Of a stretch of 64,000 nucleotides of DNA, positions 36,475-45,776 are shown one piece after another (position 1 is the first letter of the stretch; each line of letters opens with the position of its first letter). This stretch comes from an uncultured virus (IMG/VR IMGVR_UViG_3300046501_000552). Its lineage: Duplodnaviria; Heunggongvirae; Uroviricota; Caudoviricetes. A program made the translations under genes and the position numbers. The stretch is taken from the IMG/VR virus record IMGVR_UViG_3300046501_000552, positions 1 through 64,000 of that record; one strand, written 5' to 3'. Under the pieces are notes generated by a model. The model worked only from the letters and a program-made list of their open reading frames with translations. It was not told where the DNA came from and did not search any database.

Positions 36475-36939
36475 CTACCTGCTCTTATAACCGCCAGTCC
36501 GCTCACGCGCCTGGATTTGATTAAAACGCGCTACGGTGGCGTCGTAACTGGACCACTGCTGCACCGTAGCTTCCGGCACCACAGGTGCACTAGCGGGCGA
36601 CCGGGCGGACGCAGGCAGTGCATCTGTAATCTTGTCCGGCTGCACCATCGACGTGTATTTCTTCACGGGCGGCGGTGCAGGCGGCGGTGTGTCGACCTTA
36701 GGATGATCCTCGGCACTCGTCTTTAAATCATCATACTTGTGCTTGAGCTCCACATAGTCCGTGGAGATACGCACAATGTTGGGCACCAGCCATAAGTTCA
36801 TCACGACCGAACCGATGATGGCGGCGATCAGAAAGACGCGTCCTTTGTTGGTCTTCAGTGCCTCGCTCAGTGTTTTCTTTCCAAGGAAGAGCTCCTTCAG
36901 AAACGGCCACAAGAGAGTGATAGTTTTCCATGCCAGCAT
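36475..36939 (-). CDS. membrane protein (i-spanin-like or holin-like)
   Basis: TM helix VFLIAAIIGSVVMNLWLV followed by a short coiled coil and a Pro-rich segment; immediately upstream of the lipoprotein. Confidence 0.6.
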   Translation of the reverse strand: MLAWKTITLLWPFLKELFLGKKTLSEALKTNKGRVFLIAAIIGSVVMNLWLVPNIVRISTDYVELKHKYDDLKTSAEDHPKVDTPPPAPPPVKKYTSMVQPDKITDALPASARSPASAPVVPEATVQQWSSYDATVARFNQIQARERTGGYKSR

Positions 36940-37050
36940 GATAGCCCCTATTGCTTCATTTTATGCTTAGTCTTATTCTAATGGATTTCACGACACTTGG
37001 TCCATCCCACGGTGTCCACGACCTGTTGAAGAACAGCTGGAGATTACTCG

Positions 37051-38358
37051 ATGTACACACTTAAAGGTTTTGCGAGCCACGCCTTGTTCGCAAACAACAC
37101 GCCGGGTCAAGTCAATGCCGTCGGGGAACTCTCCACGGTGTCGCGGACTTACTCGCGCGAAATCGGCCTCTACACCGATGCGGCGGGTTCGCCCAACGTC
37201 ACGCTCTGGTCTTTCTTGAGCGCCACGGACGGCACAGCTCAAGTCGTCGATGCAGACCTCGCCAAGCGCGTGCTCACGATCTGTGCCTGGTTCTACAACC
37301 AGACCATTAACAATGCCGGTCAGCAATACGCAGACGTCCTCCTGGAAGGCGCCCTCACGCAGTTTGCTGCTACCGCTAACACTTTCGCCTCCGGCGCGAT
37401 GGTCACCGACGGCACGCGCTGGTTGCCCGAATGGGTCAGCTGGACCGACGTGGCCAACCCTGGTTCGTTTATCCGGATTTGGTTTGCAGATGCCAACTTC
37501 CAGAACGAATACGACGAATCGGCTTTTGTGATCGTGCCGCCGATCACTCCGCTTGACGACTTTTTCAAAGCCGCCACGCAAGTGCAAGCGGAAGTCAGTG
37601 CCGTCACCAAGCCGCAGTTGTTCCTGAACATCCAGGCAGCCAAGGCGAACAATCCGGAAACCGACATCATCGTCATGTCCTACGACTGGCATGATCCGGC
37701 CGGAACCGGCACGCTGATCTCGACGGACTGGACGCTGATTCTCTACGGCATGGCGGGCGACAATGTCGACTCGATCAGCGATGCGCTGGAAGCCTACATC
37801 CTCGCCAACAGCTCGCATTCGCGCGATGAGTGGGTCACGGTGTTTCCGGACATCTTCAAGCGCACCGAGTTTGTGCTCATCCCCCAGTGGAACAAAATGG
37901 CGATCGCTGATCGCGCTACGGGTCAAGCGGGCATATACTCTCCGATTACGAATCTGACGGATGCGCTCGCGCTGCTCCCCCAGTTCGCTAGTTATCCAAG
38001 TGCTCATATCAATGCGCACGGCACCGTCATGGGCCATCCGTACAAGTCGCTGGCCATTGCCATGATTGGTTCGGACCAGAACCGCAACAACCTGTACGAG
38101 CTCTCGGACGTGTTCCCCGATCTCATCTCGGTGAGCTCGACTTCGACGGACTTCGCCCGCATGAGCCAGGCCACGCAGGCGTTCCTGTCGGCATTGGCCA
38201 CGATGTTGCTGGTGGCGGAATCGATGACGCAGTATTCCAGCATTCCGCTGGGTTACACCAAGTTGATCCGGAACAACATTCTGTACCTGGTGTATAACTA
38301 CCAGACGATCGACTACCTTGTCGCTGCCAAGTCGAACCCGCAGTTCGCCGCGCCGTAA
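37051..38358 (+). CDS. putative virion structural protein
   Basis: 435 aa, GGAG Shine-Dalgarno, structural-type composition, position as phiKZ gp157. Confidence 0.65.
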   Translation: MYTLKGFASHALFANNTPGQVNAVGELSTVSRTYSREIGLYTDAAGSPNVTLWSFLSATDGTAQVVDADLAKRVLTICAWFYNQTINNAGQQYADVLLEGALTQFAATANTFASGAMVTDGTRWLPEWVSWTDVANPGSFIRIWFADANFQNEYDESAFVIVPPITPLDDFFKAATQVQAEVSAVTKPQLFLNIQAAKANNPETDIIVMSYDWHDPAGTGTLISTDWTLILYGMAGDNVDSISDALEAYILANSSHSRDEWVTVFPDIFKRTEFVLIPQWNKMAIADRATGQAGIYSPITNLTDALALLPQFASYPSAHINAHGTVMGHPYKSLAIAMIGSDQNRNNLYELSDVFPDLISVSSTSTDFARMSQATQAFLSALATMLLVAESMTQYSSIPLGYTKLIRNNILYLVYNYQTIDYLVAAKSNPQFAAP

Positions 38359-38370
38359 TAGGAGCACCGC

Positions 38371-39648
38371 ATGACCGTTATCACCACCAATCTGATTCCG
38401 GAGCTGGGGGCAGCCGGAGTCTTTACGCTCACCGCGCCGTTTAACAACGCGCTGATGGCGAACGCGTCGTACACCTGTATTGCGATCCGGCAGCTTGAGG
38501 ACATCATCGCTGCAGGTGGCGACCCCTACACCCAGTACTACCAACCGCGCGAACAAACCTCGGGTGACCTGCAAGCCCAGTACCAAGCAGACCTCGGCAA
38601 CGGCGTGTGCATCATCACGCTGCAGCAGTCATCGGGGGCGGTTGCTTATGTGCCGTCGAGCTTTGTGGCCAGCTACCCGTCTAAGGGCGGTGTCCCCTAC
38701 ACCAACCTGATGATGGCAGTCGACCTGGGTGCGATGCCCACCTACGTGGACCTCACGTTTTTGAAGCAACAGATCGCCAATCTGGTGAAGACGACCGTGG
38801 GGTTGACGAGCGTGTTGATTCAGACGGTGGTGGTGTCGCCGACGACCAATCTCTCGGCGTCCGACCATGCCCGTGCTGAGGCGGCCCGGCAGGCTAACAT
38901 CACCATCACCAACACGCCCGAGTCGCAGGTGATTGCGCTGACCAAACAACTCCAGACCCTGCAAGGTCAGTACGCTAATCTGGAGGCGTTTGTGAATGCG
39001 AACATCGATAAACTCACGGGCACGACACCTCCGACCGATCCGGTGGATCAACTGGATGCAGCCTTGAGTCCAGCAGGCATCACGCTGAGCAACAACAACC
39101 TCACCGCCACCAGTACAGTAGTGGGTTGGCAATCGGCTCGCGGCACTGTCGGTCATCAGGCAGGCAAGTTCTACGCGGAAGCTACGCTCAACACGTTGGC
39201 CGGGGCAGTGGGCTTTGGCGTCTGTAACGCCAGTCAGCTCAACAACCAGCGAATCGGTACCGACACCAACGGCATGATGATCTTTACCGAAGCCGATGGG
39301 GCAACGGCCGGGATCTTCTACAACGGTGGCAATGCCCAGACGATCGGCACGGCTCCGCAGCAAGGGGACGTGGTGGGGATTGCCATCGACCTGAACGCCA
39401 AGCTCGGTTGGTTCTACAATCCGCAGACGCAGCAGTGGAATGGCGATGTGTTGGCTAACCAGAACCCGGCCACAGGTCTTGGTGGTCTGCCGCTCGCGGC
39501 GATTGCGGTTCCAGGCGGTACTGCAGGACTGGTCTACCTCGGCGTGTCACTGGATGCCAAGACGGATGCCGTGACGATCAACGCAGGTGCGACCAACTTC
39601 GTGCACACGGCGCCCACTGGCTTTAACAAGTGGAACACCGCAGTTTAA
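38371..39648 (+). CDS. putative virion protein with C-terminal SPRY/ConA-like domain
   Basis: ITLSNNNLTAT...SARGT....GKFYAE...GFGV...GDVVGIAIDL...GWF is a SPRY-like pattern following a coiled coil. Confidence 0.65.
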   Translation: MTVITTNLIPELGAAGVFTLTAPFNNALMANASYTCIAIRQLEDIIAAGGDPYTQYYQPREQTSGDLQAQYQADLGNGVCIITLQQSSGAVAYVPSSFVASYPSKGGVPYTNLMMAVDLGAMPTYVDLTFLKQQIANLVKTTVGLTSVLIQTVVVSPTTNLSASDHARAEAARQANITITNTPESQVIALTKQLQTLQGQYANLEAFVNANIDKLTGTTPPTDPVDQLDAALSPAGITLSNNNLTATSTVVGWQSARGTVGHQAGKFYAEATLNTLAGAVGFGVCNASQLNNQRIGTDTNGMMIFTEADGATAGIFYNGGNAQTIGTAPQQGDVVGIAIDLNAKLGWFYNPQTQQWNGDVLANQNPATGLGGLPLAAIAVPGGTAGLVYLGVSLDAKTDAVTINAGATNFVHTAPTGFNKWNTAV

Positions 39649-39665
39649 CAAGTGGAACACCGCAG
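39622..39665 (+). repeat. perfect 22-bp tandem duplication
   Basis: TTTAACAAGTGGAACACCGCAG x2 spanning the stop codon of 38371-39648. Confidence 0.95.
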
Positions 39666-39678
39666 GCTGAAGCAACAA

Positions 39679-39713
39679 CGGCATAGAGGGAGGCTTCGGC
39701 CTCCCCTTATGTC
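39679..39713. terminator. bidirectional hairpin flanked by CGGCATA / TTATGTC
   Basis: GGGAGGC-ttcg-GCCTCCC between convergent genes. Confidence 0.75.
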
Positions 39714-39722
39714 CCTACTTTT

Positions 39723-40739
39723 TTAATTGTACTTGAGGTTCGGTGCCATGATCGATTCGGTCGCCTCGATCGTCACTGCCGTCATGTTGCCCCGCACGTC
39801 GAGGTCGCCCAAGAGCTCAGCCTCGCCCTTGATGCTGATCTTACCCGTACCTGCGTTACCCGGTGCCGTAGTCAGGTCACCATTCAGGCCGATGTTACCG
39901 TTGTGCGTGGTGTCACCGGTGTGGGTAGTTTCTGCCGTCACGGATTCGGTAGTAGCTTTGACCGTGCGTGTCTCGGTGGTTTCACTGGTGCTGTTCGAGG
40001 CCTCGACCGACCAGTCCTTGGTGGTCCACTTAATCGAGTCATCCGCATGGCCCGAGATCGCTTTCTTGGTCATGTCGAAAAACGACCCATCGGCGTTCTC
40101 GATATGCCACTGGTGCTGCTGCGAGTCGAGGAACATCGCGTTACCGATGTCGTCTTCTAGTTGCACCTTGCCGTTACCGGTATCGAACTGGAACGAATAG
40201 GCGTAGGGCTCCCCATTGGCCTTGGTGGTGATAAGCGTGATCGACTTCTTGTGCGAACTGAATTCCACGTAGTACGTGTTGGTCTGGTCCGGGCTCGCGC
40301 CTTCCACCGCGGTGGCGCTGATGCCAAACACTACCGTCTCAAGCTTACGGAAGTTCAGGTCATTGCGCATCGTATTCCAGTAATACTTGTCGGTGTCGCC
40401 GTAGCGGTAAATGATCACCTGTTCACCGCGCCGCACATCAGGCGCAGTCAACCGGTTAGCCTGACCCACCGGTAACCAGGTCGCCTTGATGGTGCCCGAA
40501 GAGGTCATGTTCGTCTGGTACTGCTGGCCCGAGAGGTCGGTGCCTGACGCTTGCTCGGTGTTGGCATTGGTGGAGAGCTCCCCATCGACCATCGGCGTAT
40601 CCTCGATTGGCGTAATCTCCAGATCGAAGGAATTCAGGGCTTTGTTCTGAGCAGCATGGCCCAGCGAGTACACATGAAACTTACTGACGGTACCCTGCGG
40701 GCTTTCGTGACCCGCGAATTGCGCGGCAAGGTGATCCAT
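39723..40739 (-). CDS. baseplate central spike / tail-tip protein (phiKZ gp164-like)
   Basis: N-terminal OB-like region (ATWLP...NRLTAPDVRRGEQVIIYRYGD..KYYW) then a Thr/Gly-rich beta-helix-like C-terminus; divergent from SbcC as in phiKZ. Confidence 0.7.
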   Translation of the reverse strand: MDHLAAQFAGHESPQGTVSKFHVYSLGHAAQNKALNSFDLEITPIEDTPMVDGELSTNANTEQASGTDLSGQQYQTNMTSSGTIKATWLPVGQANRLTAPDVRRGEQVIIYRYGDTDKYYWNTMRNDLNFRKLETVVFGISATAVEGASPDQTNTYYVEFSSHKKSITLITTKANGEPYAYSFQFDTGNGKVQLEDDIGNAMFLDSQQHQWHIENADGSFFDMTKKAISGHADDSIKWTTKDWSVEASNSTSETTETRTVKATTESVTAETTHTGDTTHNGNIGLNGDLTTAPGNAGTGKISIKGEAELLGDLDVRGNMTAVTIEATESIMAPNLKYN

Positions 40740-40816
40740 TTTATCGGGTCCTGTTAAAAAACACAGAGCTCAACCATCGTCTGACGACAGAATCAAGCTG
40801 TGATTAGAAGGCTTAC

Positions 40817-43303
40817 ATGCTCATTAACTCATTAGAGCTGGTCGGATATAAGCGGATCGCGCTCAATGGGCACACCCGCTTTATGATCCGTCCGGCTGAA
40901 CGCATTCAACTCATTCTCGGCACCAACGGCTCTGGCAAATCCTCCTTGGTAAAGGAATTGACCCCGTTGCCTGCTGAGCCTAAGGAATACAGTAAAGATG
41001 GCTCTAAAACCATAACGATTACTCACCGTGGCAACACCTTTGTGCTCAAGAGCTGGTTCTCAGAAGGCAATAAGCACAGCTTCCTGAAGAACGGCCAGGA
41101 GCTTAACGATGGCCACACCATCACCGTGCAACGCAAGCTGGTGATGACCGAGTTCGGTGTCAACGATGACATCCATGAGCTGCTGCGCAATGCGATCCGT
41201 TTCCACACCATGGGACCGACCGATCGCCGCAAGTGGTTTACGATGCTCTCGGACGTGGACTACACCTACGCCATCGGTTTGTTCATGCGTCTGAAAGAAG
41301 CCGCCACGGTGACTTCGGGTGCGTTGAAGATGGCCAAGAACAAGCTGGTGGCAGAAACCAGTAAGATCGTCACCGAGGAAGAGGAACGCAAGCTTAGTCA
41401 GGAAGTCGAAACCCTGATTGGGGAGATTGAACGGCTGCAGCGTCAGCGTGCCCCGTTGCCACGGCCCGTGTCGTCGTTTATGACGGAGCAGGAAGAGATT
41501 TTATCTGAGCTCTACACCATCTCGGATAATCTGCTGCGCCATCGTACCTCCTTCTTTGGTTGGAAGGGATATGACTCAGTCGAACAGATCACTGAGGACA
41601 TCGATACGACCAAGCAAGAGATTGCGGCCACTGAAGCGCTCCTCAATAAAGCGGTGGAAGAGCACGGCAAGCTGAAGGAAAAGCAGGACTTACTGAAGAA
41701 GACCGGCGCCCAAGGTGTCGATGCACTCCTGCGACGGCTGCACCTTGCTCAGGAAACCCGCAACAAGCTTCTCTCAGCCCGTGTGTTGGGCTTGGAAGGC
41801 TTCAGTGCATCCCAGGCAGCGGCGGCACTCGAATCGGTCTACGGGGTGCTCTTTGCGTGCTTCTCGGAGATCCCCTCCAATGAGGATCGCCGCTTCAGTC
41901 AGACGAAGAATAACGAGAACCGTCAGAAGGTGCTCGAGCGGCGTGACCTGATCCTGCAAAAGGAAAAGGAGATTGCCCACTTCGCCGGGAAGAAGCAGCA
42001 CATGGAGTCCCATAAGCAAGCCGGGAACATCGAGTGCCCGAAGTGTCATCACCTGTGGGTGGTGGGCTACGATCCGGAGGTGATCCAGAAGTACGACGCA
42101 GCGATTGAATCGCGCGGCGAAGAGATCACCAAGCTCAAGGCCGAGATCAAGGCACTCGAAGAAGAGATGGAGGCGTTTCAGACCTACCTCAATCTCTACA
42201 TGGACTTTAACCGCTGTGTGAAGAACTGGCCTGCGCTGCAACCGTTCTGGGATCACCTCTTGCATCACGAGATGGTCATCAAGACGCCGCGCGTCGCGCT
42301 CATGCAACTCGACCTGCTTAAACAGGATCTGGTGCAAGAGCTCGCCGCTGAGCGACAGGAGCGGGAAATCGCTGACATCAAGGAACTCATCAAACAAGCT
42401 GAACAGCTCGGTGATGCGAACCTGAACGAAGTGACGGAGTCGTTGGTCAAGGTAACGGGCACGGTCGAAGAGCTCACGGGCAAGCTGAACCGACTCAATA
42501 AGCATCTGCAACAAACGATGGCCTACCGGCGTCAGATGTCAGACGTGCAGTCGACCGGGCAGCGCCTGGAGCAGATGATCGGTCAAGCGGAAGACGCCAC
42601 CAAAGAACTGGTGGAGATGCTGCGTCGCGAAGCGATCCAAAATGCAATCAATGCGCTGCAACTGTCGCTCGCCCACAAGAACTCGGCCTTGCAGGAGATG
42701 AAGCTCCAAAAGGGCATCATCGCCGAGTTAGAAAAGACGATTGCGCAGTATGCCTTGCGTGACGAAACCTTAAAGCTGATGGTCAAGGAGATGTCGCCGA
42801 CCGATGGCTTGATTGCCGAAGGGCTGCTTGGTTTCATTCGGCGCTTTGTGCGGGAGATGAACCATCTCATCAAGAAGATCTGGGCCTATCCGCTGGAGAT
42901 TCAACCCTGCGGCGTAGCGACGGATCGTGGCGCGGAGCTCGACTACAAGTTCCCGCTGATGGTGCAGGACCGTGCCAATATTCGCGACGATGTCAAGAAT
43001 GGCAGTAGTGGCATGCAGGAAGTCGTCGACCTGGCCTTTAAGGTGGTCGCCATGAAGTATCTGGGCTTAGGCGAAGCACCGTTGTTGCTGGACGAATTCG
43101 GCGCGAGCTTTGACCTGGAGCACCGCACCGCTGCATCGAGCTGTATTAAGAACCTGATGGATACACAGCACTTCTCGCAGTTGTACATGATCTCGCACTA
43201 CGAAAGTGGTTACGGGTCGTTTACCAATGCGCAGACCTGTGTCTTGGATGCCCGCAACATCACGGTACCGAGCGTGTACAATCAGCACGTCACTATGCAG
43301 TAA
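40817..43303 (+). CDS. sbcC: SbcC/Rad50-like SMC ATPase
   Basis: Walker A GTNGSGKSS, long coiled coils with a central CPKC zinc hook, signature SSGMQ, Walker B LLLDE, ISH. Confidence 0.9.
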   Translation: MLINSLELVGYKRIALNGHTRFMIRPAERIQLILGTNGSGKSSLVKELTPLPAEPKEYSKDGSKTITITHRGNTFVLKSWFSEGNKHSFLKNGQELNDGHTITVQRKLVMTEFGVNDDIHELLRNAIRFHTMGPTDRRKWFTMLSDVDYTYAIGLFMRLKEAATVTSGALKMAKNKLVAETSKIVTEEEERKLSQEVETLIGEIERLQRQRAPLPRPVSSFMTEQEEILSELYTISDNLLRHRTSFFGWKGYDSVEQITEDIDTTKQEIAATEALLNKAVEEHGKLKEKQDLLKKTGAQGVDALLRRLHLAQETRNKLLSARVLGLEGFSASQAAAALESVYGVLFACFSEIPSNEDRRFSQTKNNENRQKVLERRDLILQKEKEIAHFAGKKQHMESHKQAGNIECPKCHHLWVVGYDPEVIQKYDAAIESRGEEITKLKAEIKALEEEMEAFQTYLNLYMDFNRCVKNWPALQPFWDHLLHHEMVIKTPRVALMQLDLLKQDLVQELAAERQEREIADIKELIKQAEQLGDANLNEVTESLVKVTGTVEELTGKLNRLNKHLQQTMAYRRQMSDVQSTGQRLEQMIGQAEDATKELVEMLRREAIQNAINALQLSLAHKNSALQEMKLQKGIIAELEKTIAQYALRDETLKLMVKEMSPTDGLIAEGLLGFIRRFVREMNHLIKKIWAYPLEIQPCGVATDRGAELDYKFPLMVQDRANIRDDVKNGSSGMQEVVDLAFKVVAMKYLGLGEAPLLLDEFGASFDLEHRTAASSCIKNLMDTQHFSQLYMISHYESGYGSFTNAQTCVLDARNITVPSVYNQHVTMQ

Positions 43304-43326
43304 CTTAATGAGGAAAGAAAAGAAAC

Positions 43327-44313
43327 ATGAACCAGCAAGAGATCATCATCCATCCCGAACAAGACGAGCTGTCGATGTCGCCGACCGAGCTCCTGGAAAA
43401 GCGCCTGAACCGCGTGAACCTGGCGCTCTCGCAATTGCAGCAACTGCACATGAACACCATCACCGAGATGCAGAAGGACGTGGTGTTCTCGCTGCACGTG
43501 ATCGAGGCCCTGAAGGGCTTCCTGCCTGGTGCCGTGGTGGACGACGCTGTCGCAGCGGCCACGGCCGCCACCGCTTCGGTGGGTGCTTACCGGCAGCAGC
43601 CTGCGGCAACCAATGCAGGTGCTTCAGCACAGCGCCCGGCACCGGGCAAGCTGCCGATCACGCCCGCCGGTACGCAGGCTAATCCGGCGTTGCCGCCGGT
43701 GCGCCATCCGGGTCACAGCAGCATCAATGCCGCAGCGGAAGCCGCCAAGAATGCCGTCGAAACACTCGGCGAGAACATTCGCACGCACTTGCAACACCCG
43801 GCACCGGAAACCCCGGCGCGTCAACCGCGCTCGCTGCAAACCCTGCATCGTCCGACGCCCAAGCAAAAGCACGTGGGTGAGCCGGTCAGCGAAGCGGCGA
43901 GCGCGGCCGATTACCTCGGTCACTTCGTCGGCTCGGGTTCGGTGTTTGCCAAGTACTTCTCGCCGGAAGTCTACATCCTCGGGCGCGGCTTCGTGAAACC
44001 GGGCTACGGTGGCTTCGGGGAATACGAAGAAGACGTGCTGCGTATCGCGCCCCAGCAGTTGCGCGAGTACGACTACCCGAGCGGCTTTTACACCGATGAA
44101 GCGACCAAGCTCTTGCAGTTCTATCTCGGCAACGCCAAGATGCAAGTGACGGTGAGCAACTTGCCGAATACGGAGATCGACGTGTGGGTGTCGTTCGCCC
44201 CGTTCAACGATCGTCAGCACATCCGTTCGCTGAACCCGCAAGCAATGCAGCTGGTGTTCGGCACGGTGAGCGCGATCTTCAACGCCGGTGAGCGACTGGC
44301 GAGCCAGCAGTAA
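43327..44313 (+). CDS. hypothetical protein
   Basis: 328 aa: N-terminal helix, Pro/Ala-rich linker, folded C-terminal domain. Confidence 0.75.
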   Translation: MNQQEIIIHPEQDELSMSPTELLEKRLNRVNLALSQLQQLHMNTITEMQKDVVFSLHVIEALKGFLPGAVVDDAVAAATAATASVGAYRQQPAATNAGASAQRPAPGKLPITPAGTQANPALPPVRHPGHSSINAAAEAAKNAVETLGENIRTHLQHPAPETPARQPRSLQTLHRPTPKQKHVGEPVSEAASAADYLGHFVGSGSVFAKYFSPEVYILGRGFVKPGYGGFGEYEEDVLRIAPQQLREYDYPSGFYTDEATKLLQFYLGNAKMQVTVSNLPNTEIDVWVSFAPFNDRQHIRSLNPQAMQLVFGTVSAIFNAGERLASQQ

Positions 44314-44329
44314 GCCCGTGTTGTACCCT

Positions 44330-44395
44330 CGGTCATAAACCCCCGTGCCTATCCTCTTCACAGGGGACGGGCCGGGGGTTTATGCCGTTATGACG
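44330..44395. terminator. bidirectional hairpin flanked by CGGTCATA / TATGCCG
   Basis: CATAAACCCCCG...CGGGGGTTTATG, then a second TTATGACG. Confidence 0.7.
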
Positions 44396-45665
44396 TCGAG
44401 CCGCTCGTGCCGCTATCGAAGTCAGTACCGATCTTTAGGAAGAAGGCCCGTGACGGAATCGAGACTTCCTGGCTTGTACGGGCGCTATTCACGCAGTCCG
44501 CATTGCGCCAGTCGACCGTATTGTAAGTGCGCTGGTTCCAACGGTTATCGTACACCGTCAGGGCCCAGCGACCATCTTCTTGCACCGACCAGTAATCCGC
44601 CAGCTTGCCATGGCCGTTCACTAGCGGGTACTTCGGCTCCTGGTTCGACACCAAGATATTGGTGAGCTTACCCGTGTAGACCTTCTCGGTTTCGATGAAG
44701 ACTTCCGGGTTATCCAGAATCACAAAGAACGACTGGCTCATCGTCGCATACGCCACCAGGTTCTCGTCGGACAAGAAGTCCGCCACATTAATCTTGGACG
44801 GATCATGCGCATCGCGATCAAAAGGTAGACCCGAGAAGTCGAGGTATTGCATCGACTCGTGGTAGCGCTCGAGAATCGGCAGATTGTTAAAGTTAATCCC
44901 CACCGACGTCGCACTGACCCGGAAGAAAGTCTGCGGATCGAGAATGTGCAAGTAGCCACCCAGCACCAACATCACGGTTTTATTCGTGATGTCCACTCCC
45001 AGATTCACGTACATCTGGTTGCGATAGGCTTGGTTGCTATTTTGCTTGTAGATCATTGACGGCTGAATCGCCACGTACTGCAAGCTACCGAGCTTCTGGA
45101 AGTTCAGCAGACCAAACTGATTCTGCTTGGAGAGGTTGCGGCTCACCATCCCGTCCATCACCCAGGCAGCGGTGGGGACCGCGTCGATATTGTGGAAGTA
45201 ACCATTGATCGTCACCATGCAGCTCTTATAAAAGAGCTCAAAGTCGATCGAGTTCCCCTCGGCGTCGGTCTTGGTGAGATACAGCCAGGTCTTCTCCGAC
45301 ATCGGCAACTGCGCATCGGGCGCAGCCAACTTATTGACGGGCTGCACTTTGTAGCCTGCGCGAAAGCCATCCTTGTACTCGGCGTACTGCGGCTTAAGCG
45401 TGGGGATGGTGGTAGACGTCGGTAACGCCGCGTCACCGTTTTGGGTGAGAAACTCATTGAACGTCATCGACAAGCCACCATCGGCAGCTTGGATTTGCGA
45501 GAGGTCCAAACTGACCTGACCGCTCACATACGGATTGGTCAGGACTGCGTACACCTTCAGGTAGCTGGAATAGATCTGGCTCAAGGGCATCGCGCCAATG
45601 TCCACACTTTCCCATCGACCTGCGCTCGCAAACGATTTACCGATAGCTGAGACTAACGTATACAT
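44388..45665 (-). CDS. putative virion structural protein
   Basis: 425 aa, GGAG Shine-Dalgarno, within the tail gene cluster. Confidence 0.65.
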   Translation of the reverse strand: MYTLVSAIGKSFASAGRWESVDIGAMPLSQIYSSYLKVYAVLTNPYVSGQVSLDLSQIQAADGGLSMTFNEFLTQNGDAALPTSTTIPTLKPQYAEYKDGFRAGYKVQPVNKLAAPDAQLPMSEKTWLYLTKTDAEGNSIDFELFYKSCMVTINGYFHNIDAVPTAAWVMDGMVSRNLSKQNQFGLLNFQKLGSLQYVAIQPSMIYKQNSNQAYRNQMYVNLGVDITNKTVMLVLGGYLHILDPQTFFRVSATSVGINFNNLPILERYHESMQYLDFSGLPFDRDAHDPSKINVADFLSDENLVAYATMSQSFFVILDNPEVFIETEKVYTGKLTNILVSNQEPKYPLVNGHGKLADYWSVQEDGRWALTVYDNRWNQRTYNTVDWRNADCVNSARTSQEVSIPSRAFFLKIGTDFDSGTSGSTS

Positions 45666-45776
45666 GCCGTGGCTCCGGGGAAAAATCTTTTGAATACTAT
45701 GATTGTAGCTTTGTTGTAGTCTTGGAAGATAGACTAAAACCTATAGAATATCGCCTTCACCCGCTGGGAGAAAAGA

